This document shows positions 30,933 through 38,476 of a stretch of 64,000 nt of DNA, one piece after another; positions within the stretch are counted from its first letter, which is position 1; the number at the start of each line of letters is the position of its first letter. The stretch comes from Lysobacterales bacterium. Lineage in GTDB: Bacteria; Pseudomonadota; Gammaproteobacteria; Xanthomonadales; SZUA-36. The stretch covers positions 632 to 64,631 of the forward strand of contig JAKITM010000004.1 in the NCBI GenBank assembly GCA_021648045.1. The letters are read 5' to 3'. The translations under genes and the position numbers were made by a program. The notes beneath the pieces are model-generated. The model was given only the letters and a program-made list of their open reading frames with translations. It ran no database searches and had not been told where the DNA came from.

Positions 30933-31745
30933 ATGCCTGAGCTGCCGGAAGTTGAAACTACCTGCCGCGGTATCCGTCCACACCTGCTGGGCCAAACCAT
31001 CAGCGCCGTGGAAGTCCGTCAGCCAAAATTACGCTGGCCAATACCTGCCGAGTTAAGCACCGCCACAGGCCAGACCATTCATGCGGTTACTCGGCGGGGT
31101 AAGTACCTGCTGATCAAAACCGATACCGGTACTATTCTCATCCACCTAGGCATGTCCGGCAGCCTGCGGTTGGTTGATAATCACCAACAGCCAGAAAAAC
31201 ATGACCATATCGATATCGCCCTCAGCAGTGGCAAACTTCTGCGCTTGCACGACCCACGCCGTTTTGGTGCAGTGCTCTGGTGGACTGAAAAAATAGAAAC
31301 CCACCCACTGCTCAGCAAGCTAGGGCCGGAGCCACTAGAGACCGCCTTCGATGATGACCACCTATGGCGACAGTCGCGCGGTCGTAAACAAGCGGTTAAG
31401 GCATTCATAATGAATGGGCATATCGTTGTTGGTGTCGGCAATATCTATGCTTCAGAATCACTATTCCGCGCCGGTATTTTGCCGCAACGACAGGCCGGTA
31501 GGATTTCCCGACAACGCTACCAACGCCTCAGCCAAACCATTCGCGAAGTGCTGGCAGAAGCCATTGCTCAGGGCGGCACCACCTTGCAGGATTTCAGTAA
31601 CAGCGATGGCCAACCCGGTTACTTTGCTCAGGAATTACTGGTTTACGGGCGCGAAGGCCAGGATTGTGTGGCCTGTTCGGCAAAAATTAAAATAAAAGTT
31701 ATTGGCCAGCGGGCCAGTTTTTATTGTTCAAAATGCCAAACCTGA
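30933..31745 (+). CDS. mutM: Formamidopyrimidine-DNA glycosylase
   Basis: It starts MPELPEVETT (catalytic Pro2). The C-terminal zinc finger is CVAC...CSKCQ. ATG is at 30933 and the ORF is open from 30903. Confidence 0.95.
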   Translation: MPELPEVETTCRGIRPHLLGQTISAVEVRQPKLRWPIPAELSTATGQTIHAVTRRGKYLLIKTDTGTILIHLGMSGSLRLVDNHQQPEKHDHIDIALSSGKLLRLHDPRRFGAVLWWTEKIETHPLLSKLGPEPLETAFDDDHLWRQSRGRKQAVKAFIMNGHIVVGVGNIYASESLFRAGILPQRQAGRISRQRYQRLSQTIREVLAEAIAQGGTTLQDFSNSDGQPGYFAQELLVYGREGQDCVACSAKIKIKVIGQRASFYCSKCQT

Positions 31746-31800
31746 GTTAATTATTGTTCATATAGCGACAAACACGCAGCGGCAAACTAAAATACTCTGA

Positions 31801-32829
<1,029 letters not shown>

Positions 32830-32836
32830 TTAGTAC

Positions 32837-33670
32837 TTGGAAGCGCTGCATCTAGCCCTTTTCGGCAACCCGGTAGCACATAGCCTGTCGCCGGCAATCC
32901 ATCAGGCTTTTGCCGATCAATGCGGGCTAAAGCTCGACTACGAACTGATTCTTGCCACTGAGGAAAACTTTTCAGAGCAGTTAGAGCAGTTACGATCAAG
33001 CGGTGCTCGCGGCTGCAATATTACCGTGCCGTTAAAAGTCCCGGCACACAATATAGCCGATACATTGTCAACTGCCGCTGCCACTGCTGGTGCCGCCAAT
33101 ACTTTAGTTTTCCAGCAACATGGGGTTTTTGCGGATAACACCGATGGTCTCGGTTGGCTGAAAGATCTTGACCGTACAGATACAAGCATCAAGGGTAAGT
33201 CTGTTGCAATTATTGGAGCCGGCGGTGCGGCAGCCGGTATCACTCCGGTTATTCTTGCGCAATCTCCAGATACACTGGTTATCGCCAACCGTAGCCCGGA
33301 GAAAGCCGCCGACTTACTTCGGCAGCAACTAAACCCAAACTTTCGTAGTGTTAGTCTGAAACAACTGCACCAACCAGACCTGCCAAAGTTTGACTTGCTG
33401 GTGAACGCCACTTCCATCGGCCATCAGGGCAAACACCCAGAGTTATTCCCGGAGTTATTTAACCCCGATGCCCTTTTGTATGACCTCAATTACGGCACGG
33501 CTGCTGAACCACTAAAAACCTGGTGTAACAACAATGGTATCCGCTACCGTGATGGTCTTGGAATGCTGGTAGAACAAGCCGCATTGGCGTTTACTTTATG
33601 GACAGGTAAGTCGCCTGAAACTCAGGCCGTGCTGAGTGACCTGCGATCAAAGCTTCGCCAGAAAAATTGA
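32837..33670 (+). CDS. aroE: Shikimate 5-dehydrogenase
   Basis: 277 aa. The N-terminus reads FGNPVAHSLSPAIHQ, followed by NITVPLK and the NADP motif GAGGAA. The apparent start is TTG, 8 nt after the hemB stop. Confidence 0.9.
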   Translation: MEALHLALFGNPVAHSLSPAIHQAFADQCGLKLDYELILATEENFSEQLEQLRSSGARGCNITVPLKVPAHNIADTLSTAAATAGAANTLVFQQHGVFADNTDGLGWLKDLDRTDTSIKGKSVAIIGAGGAAAGITPVILAQSPDTLVIANRSPEKAADLLRQQLNPNFRSVSLKQLHQPDLPKFDLLVNATSIGHQGKHPELFPELFNPDALLYDLNYGTAAEPLKTWCNNNGIRYRDGLGMLVEQAALAFTLWTGKSPETQAVLSDLRSKLRQKN

Positions 33671-33695
33671 ATTTGGTGGGCAGCAGCCAGCTAAA

Positions 33696-34886
33696 TCACC
33701 ACAAGCCCAGATCAGCCAGTAGCCCAACATGCGCACTGAGTGCGGCGGACTTGGGGAAAGGGTGGGAAAGCTTACGCGAGCCGCCGCTCCAGACCATCGG
33801 AAATGCAGGATATGAAAGATCCCAGTGATGCCCGTGCAGCAAGGGCATCTCGACCCGATTTGCCAAGGGCACATTAGCTTGCGCCCGGGTAAGCTGCATA
33901 TCGTTTTCCGCTGAGTGGGTCAGCAAGGACAAACTGTCTTTAAGTTGGAACCAGGGCACGCTCAGGGGTGACTCGCAGCCAGCAAAAGTGAAAAACGGGA
34001 TACCAAGGTTATCTAGAGTTGTGCTGTGCGCCTTCCAAAAAGCCTCCCGTGCAGCAGTCTGCAGTGCTGCAAAGCACGCACCCGGTCGGGCTTCTTCGGA
34101 CCGGCGCAGGGGCTTGTAATTGCCCGCAAGGGGTACCATCCCGACCAAATGCAGCAAAGTTTGCAGTTGTTTGTGATCACTGACCTCGACCATAGACAAC
34201 AGCTCGGTCGGCGCGCTATCGGCAGCATATGCACCACCATTGGCACCCGCCCAACTGACCACCGCCACAACGCGCTCAGCCAGTTTTGGGTAATTCACCA
34301 AAAATGCGGTGATATCGGGCATGCCTTTGGAATAACCCATGAGCACAATCTTTCCGGCTACCGGCTGGCGTTGCACTTTGGGGATCAATCTGCCACCGGA
34401 GTCCAAGCCAATACCTTCTTCTATCGCACGCACAATATCGACAGAGTTGGCATCAGGTGGCGCAAGTGGATGCACATCAGCGCGCAAAAAACGAATGCCA
34501 GTCTGGGCTGCAACTGTCTCCATCGCGGGCACAAAGGCGCGTACCGGCAGCATTCCATTGAGCATGCCCGGTACGAACAAAAAAGTCACATCGGTTTTAA
34601 CCCGTTTCAGAGGTGCATCGTAGAGCGGCACATCAAAGTCGTGGCCACTTAAAAAGCGCCGTAGTAATGCCTCGCGCGGTTCCTTTTTTGCCCGTCGCCC
34701 TGACGCACCCATGGCTTTTTTGTTTTGTTCCGCTGCCGTCAAAAATCGACTGGTCCAGCGCATTCTGCAATATTCCTGAAGGTCCGGTTGTTGCCATGGC
34801 GAAGTGTGCTCAGCGATCAGCTTACGCACCAGTTTTTGTGCCTTCAGCGCTTCATCCGCGCAAAGTGCTTCTGTGATTTTGGACAT
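33696..34886 (-). CDS. Hypothetical protein, possible alpha/beta-fold serine hydrolase
   Basis: 396-aa ORF with a candidate nucleophile elbow GYSKG embedded in a beta-strand-like VLMGYSKGMPD. I recognised no other family. Confidence 0.35.
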   Translation of the reverse strand: MSKITEALCADEALKAQKLVRKLIAEHTSPWQQPDLQEYCRMRWTSRFLTAAEQNKKAMGASGRRAKKEPREALLRRFLSGHDFDVPLYDAPLKRVKTDVTFLFVPGMLNGMLPVRAFVPAMETVAAQTGIRFLRADVHPLAPPDANSVDIVRAIEEGIGLDSGGRLIPKVQRQPVAGKIVLMGYSKGMPDITAFLVNYPKLAERVVAVVSWAGANGGAYAADSAPTELLSMVEVSDHKQLQTLLHLVGMVPLAGNYKPLRRSEEARPGACFAALQTAAREAFWKAHSTTLDNLGIPFFTFAGCESPLSVPWFQLKDSLSLLTHSAENDMQLTRAQANVPLANRVEMPLLHGHHWDLSYPAFPMVWSGGSRKLSHPFPKSAALSAHVGLLADLGLW

Positions 34887-35015
34887 AAACTCACCTCTAG
34901 CTTTGGCTAATGGAACCTGCCTCTGATACCGGAATAATATTCATAAAACCACCACAGCCGGTAATTTTTTGGTGTTTTTTTTGAAAAATGAACTCTGAAA
35001 TAATTGCTCTGAAAA

Positions 35016-35213
35016 CTAACTGACCTTACCCTGACGCTTGCGAATCATACCACCAATGGCACCGCCAAAAGCCGCTCCGGCTGCGTAGGTAAAATAGTTG
35101 TTCAAACCGCCGTCGTGATAGCCCATCTGCTGAGAGATAAAGGCCCCGGCAATGCCAGCGAAAAACCCAATAACAGCGTACTTTAACGCAAGGTTAGGAG
35201 AATCTTTCGACAT
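35016..35213 (-). CDS. Small glycine-zipper membrane protein
   Basis: 65 aa with two Gly/Ala-rich hydrophobic segments (GFFAGIAGAF, AAGAAFGGAIGGM) and a basic C-terminus. Confidence 0.55.
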   Translation of the reverse strand: MSKDSPNLALKYAVIGFFAGIAGAFISQQMGYHDGGLNNYFTYAAGAAFGGAIGGMIRKRQGKVS

Positions 35214-35487
35214 TATTATTTCCTTTTACCTATTGAATAAATTAATATTCGTTAGTACAACATTAGATTTCCCAGAGGAAAAACTCACTTCATAATCATA
35301 GCATATAGTTACCTTTTTATAACCGCGTTTGATGAAGTGTTCTATACTGCACGCTCCACCCACTATCCGAAAAAACTACCGCCATTTGCGTGTACCAATG
35401 AATATATTTAATGTTCACGGCATCAAATATATCAGTCATCTGCTTATGTTGACTATTCTGTTTATGTCACACACGCCTGCCATATCC

Positions 35488-35539
35488 GCCTGAAACAAAG
35501 ATCTGCTTGATCCAGGTCAAGCAGATCTTTGTTTCAGGC
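35488..35539. repeat. Perfect 23-bp inverted repeat with a 6-nt loop
   Basis: GCCTGAAACAAAGATCTGCTTGA (35488-35510), loop TCCAGG, then TCAAGCAGATCTTTGTTTCAGGC (35517-35539). It lies 70 nt upstream of the 35609 ORF in a divergent intergenic region. No T-tract follows. Confidence 0.9.
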
Positions 35540-35608
35540 ACATAAAGCAGAACTTATTTATCTTCTAACGGTCTGATTGTTCGAGTAGCAGGAGAAATTT
35601 TCTACCTT

Positions 35609-36073
35609 ATGAAACAACGAGCCACACAATTTAAGACTTTAAAACCCTGGCGACGGTACATCGGCCTGTTTTTGTCTATTGTATGGCTTTCCGTGCTGGC
35701 TCAATCTTGTGTGATGGCTGCTTCGATCGACCCGGCCGATTCCGGTTATTCCGATTCGAGGACTACTCAAACAATCCATATCGAGCACAACACTGATACC
35801 GCTAGGACATGCCAAAGCCCTGCATTCGACTGCCAAGACTGTAATTGTCTTACAGGCCAAATGTGTTCTCAATCGATTGCTGTTGTTAGCTTGGATAGCG
35901 CCGCAGCATTTGAACTAAAAACCCATGCTGAAAAGCTTGAGGTATTAACCTCAAATACCACACACCTTGTCAAAAGCCATTTTGACCTTAAGGCTTTTTT
36001 ACAGGCCACATCTCCCGAGAGTTTCCCCCCCGGGCCTGCCATTATTGACCTATATCAATCCTATCTGATTTGA
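35609..36073 (+). CDS. Hypothetical exported or membrane-anchored Cys-rich protein
   Basis: 154 aa with an N-terminal basic plus hydrophobic segment and a Cys cluster (CQSPAFDCQDCNCLTGQMC). It is the first gene of the small-protein cluster. Confidence 0.5.
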   Translation: MKQRATQFKTLKPWRRYIGLFLSIVWLSVLAQSCVMAASIDPADSGYSDSRTTQTIHIEHNTDTARTCQSPAFDCQDCNCLTGQMCSQSIAVVSLDSAAAFELKTHAEKLEVLTSNTTHLVKSHFDLKAFLQATSPESFPPGPAIIDLYQSYLI

Positions 36074-36150
36074 AACCCTCCTGATCTGACGAATTTTTTG
36101 GTTACCCGATTACCCGGATAACTACAGTCACTATTTGGAGGAACAAAATT

Positions 36151-36309
36151 ATGGATTGGTTAATTGGTAATGCTTTTATTATTTTAATTTTGCTGGCATG
36201 TGTCGGAATGCACTTTTTCGGACACGGGCATGGCAAATCCCACGGCTCCCATAAACACAAGCCTGTCGTTAGTAAACAGTCTGATGACAACATTAAAAGG
36301 AGGATGTGA
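36151..36309 (+). CDS. Small His-rich membrane protein (DUF2933-like)
   Basis: Not in the ORF track. It reads MDWLIGNAFIILILLACVGMHFFGHGHGKSHGSHKHKPVVSKQSDDNIKRRM (52 aa). A GGAGG lies 10 nt upstream. One TM helix is followed by a His-Gly-rich tail, as in DUF2933 proteins of metal-resistance loci. Confidence 0.6.
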   Translation: MDWLIGNAFIILILLACVGMHFFGHGHGKSHGSHKHKPVVSKQSDDNIKRRM

Positions 36310-36312
36310 ATC

Positions 36313-36591
36313 ATGTTGAACTGGAAAATTATATCTTGGTCACTCGGTTTAACCACTGCAGTGTCTTTTATTATTTGCGTCACTTGGGGACTGCTTACAC
36401 CACAGGCTGTGCACATGCACGCATTTCTTGAAATGGTATTACCGGGATTCAAATGGTTGACATGGTGGAGTTTCCTGCTTGGTTTGATTGAAAGCTTTCT
36501 GTGGGGTTTTTACATCGGAATAGTCTATGTTCCGATTTACAACTTCGTACATAAACGCTGGGGCGATGACGCCCGAGGAGCAATGCAATGA
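36313..36591 (+). CDS. Small polytopic membrane protein (DUF5676-like)
   Basis: 92 aa with hydrophobic helices. It starts 4 nt after the previous stop and overlaps the next gene by 4 nt. The family call comes from memory of similar genes beside YHS proteins. Confidence 0.5.
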   Translation: MLNWKIISWSLGLTTAVSFIICVTWGLLTPQAVHMHAFLEMVLPGFKWLTWWSFLLGLIESFLWGFYIGIVYVPIYNFVHKRWGDDARGAMQ

Positions 36592-36794
36592 AAAGAGCGA
36601 GTCATGAGAGAAGTTATAAAGACCCTGTTTGTGGAATGGAAGTGAGCTATCTAACCGCCGCTGATACCAGCGAACACGAGGGCAAAACTTACTATTTTTG
36701 TGCCCAATCATGTCGCCAGGCATTCGATGCGGAGCCACAACAGTACCTTCACCAACACCGCCAACATGGTATGCCGCCTGGTCACTCAGAATAA
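36588..36794 (+). CDS. YHS (TRASH-type) metal-binding domain protein
   Basis: 68 aa with DPVCGMEV...YYFCAQSCRQAF, the YHS/TRASH Cys signature. The C-terminus is His-rich (HQHRQHGMPPGH). Confidence 0.8.
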   Translation: MKRASHERSYKDPVCGMEVSYLTAADTSEHEGKTYYFCAQSCRQAFDAEPQQYLHQHRQHGMPPGHSE

Positions 36795-37441
36795 TGCAAC
36801 GCTATCTCGGACTGATCGCCCTAGTCGGGCTTAGTACATTTCTGCTGTCAATCTCAGTGCTGCACATACTCAGCGCTGAGATAAACTGGGTAGATGATTA
36901 TGTCAGCTATCTGGCGAATGAGCCGCAGGGCTGGTTATTCGGTTTTGGTGCTTTTGTGCATGGCCTGGGTAACTTGGCACTGGCTTTTGGATTGCGGGCA
37001 GTGCTACAGCCCGGGCGCTTACGCGACTGGGCAGTCAGCCTGTTTGCAGCAGCCGCGGTTGGTATTTTGCTAACCGCGATATTTCCGATTGACCCCATTG
37101 GCGCAGCGATCACACTAAGTGGGCGAATTCACAGAACTCTGGCCAGCGGCGCATTTGTGCTCGAACTTATATCCTTTTTTATATTTTCAGTAGCCTTTGC
37201 CCGGGATCGCAATCACCATTGGCAGCAACAAAAATACATTTCATTGTCACTCGCAATTATTTCAGCGCTGGCTGTGGTGTGGTTCCTGCTTGCCGAAGAT
37301 AACGGCGTGATGCTGGGTTTGGCGGAACGGGCAGCACTGGGCGTTTTTATGCTCTGGGAAATCTGGATCATCATCCAGCTAATCCGGCCGCTAAACCAAC
37401 AAAACACCGACAGCATAGACCTTGCGCTGGAACAAACATAA
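36794..37441 (+). CDS. Polytopic membrane protein (DUF998-like)
   Basis: ATG 36794 overlaps the YHS stop (TAATG). It is 215 aa with about six hydrophobic helices. The longer annotated ORF (from 36698) overlaps the YHS gene out of frame. Confidence 0.5.
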   Translation: MQRYLGLIALVGLSTFLLSISVLHILSAEINWVDDYVSYLANEPQGWLFGFGAFVHGLGNLALAFGLRAVLQPGRLRDWAVSLFAAAAVGILLTAIFPIDPIGAAITLSGRIHRTLASGAFVLELISFFIFSVAFARDRNHHWQQQKYISLSLAIISALAVVWFLLAEDNGVMLGLAERAALGVFMLWEIWIIIQLIRPLNQQNTDSIDLALEQT

Positions 37442-37482
37442 GGGGGCTATATTCGTATTGAAAGATGCCGAATCACAGCTAC

Positions 37483-37974
37483 TCAAGGGGTAGAGGTGCG
37501 AATTTGGGCCAACGATTTTAACGCGAGCAACAAACCCTGGCTGATCATCAGCACAGCAAACAGTGGAATTAATGATTTAAGTAGCCACACCAGCGGCAAG
37601 CCGCCCGCTTCACGCGAACCTTCAAACACGGCCCAGGAAGCAGCTACATAATTCCAGCTAATGACTAATATAAAGATGGCGAAAGGCAGTAGAAAAACCA
37701 GACTACCCAAAAAATTAACCCAGGCTTTATGGCGGAGACTGGCATTGCGATAAAAAATATCCACGCGCACATGCCCGTCTTCAGAAAGCGTCCAGGCTGC
37801 CGCCAGCATAAATACCATGGCATGCAAGTATGTGGCAGCTTCCTGCGCCGCTATCGAGCCAGCATTAAATACATAGCGACCAAGCACAATGAGAAAAATC
37901 AACAGCACCATTGCTAGCACGAGCCAAGCAACACTACGGCCAATTTTGTTAATTATGCTGGCTAAAATCTCCAT
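37483..37974 (-). CDS. TRAP transporter small permease (DctQ family), orphan
   Basis: 163 aa with four helices and the DctQ-type motif GHVRVDIFY. No DctM or DctP gene lies nearby. Confidence 0.7.
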   Translation of the reverse strand: MEILASIINKIGRSVAWLVLAMVLLIFLIVLGRYVFNAGSIAAQEAATYLHAMVFMLAAAWTLSEDGHVRVDIFYRNASLRHKAWVNFLGSLVFLLPFAIFILVISWNYVAASWAVFEGSREAGGLPLVWLLKSLIPLFAVLMISQGLLLALKSLAQIRTSTP

Positions 37975-38000
37975 TCCTACAGTGACACGCTAGAGGGCAA

Positions 38001-38369
38001 CTACCACTCTTTAAGCTTCCACATTGCCGGAGCAATAGGGTTAAGCCCGTCTTCATGCGGTTGCAATTCCAGTCTACCATCGCCGTCCAGATCCATGTAA
38101 TAGTAGGAAACGCCTTTCATCGGTGTGATTTTAACCATATAAAGCTTGCCGTTTTGCCGGTATTCCTCAATGGTTTTACCTTCCTCAGTACGAATGCTAA
38201 CGACGGGTGGTTCTTCATTTCCCCGAACTTTAGGTGGCAAAGGTTCTGGAATCGGCGGTGGTGGTGGCGCTTTTTCGAAAGTTTTGTTTTCCTGCGCCTG
38301 GACCGATGCGGACAACAAAAACAAAGCTGCGCCAAAAGATAATAGTATTAATTTTCGAGTGTTCTGCAT
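38001..38369 (-). CDS. Periplasmic DUF2782-like protein
   Basis: From ATG 38369 the signal peptide is MQNTRKLILLSFGAALFLLSASVQA. A Pro-rich stretch follows, then IEEYRQNGKLYMVKITP...YYYMDLDGDG. The gene is divergent from polA, as in Pseudomonas. The ORF is open to 38396. Confidence 0.65.
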   Translation of the reverse strand: MQNTRKLILLSFGAALFLLSASVQAQENKTFEKAPPPPPIPEPLPPKVRGNEEPPVVSIRTEEGKTIEEYRQNGKLYMVKITPMKGVSYYYMDLDGDGRLELQPHEDGLNPIAPAMWKLKEW

Positions 38370-38476
38370 AGCAGCTGCCCTCTGGGGTAAAATCAATGGG
38401 GTAAAATCTAAAATCAGTAAATTCTATTAGGTAAAATCATTTCTAAGCTAAGAATAGCACACACGGCAGATATTCC

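Noticed and set aside
35398-35493. 31-codon ORF (MNIFNVHGIKYISHLLMLTILFMSHTPAISA) ending inside the left arm of the 23-bp palindrome
   Set aside because: It has no convincing RBS and is too short and featureless to call. I note it only because a leader peptide ending in a hairpin could be regulatory.
35488-35539. Integron attC-like appearance of the palindrome (GCCTGAAAC ... GTTTCAGGC versus the classic GCCTAAC ... GTTAGGC)
   Set aside because: The 7-mers do not satisfy RYYYAAC/GTTRRRY. attC sites are imperfect, with extrahelical bases, whereas this is a perfect duplex. No integrase or cassette array is nearby.
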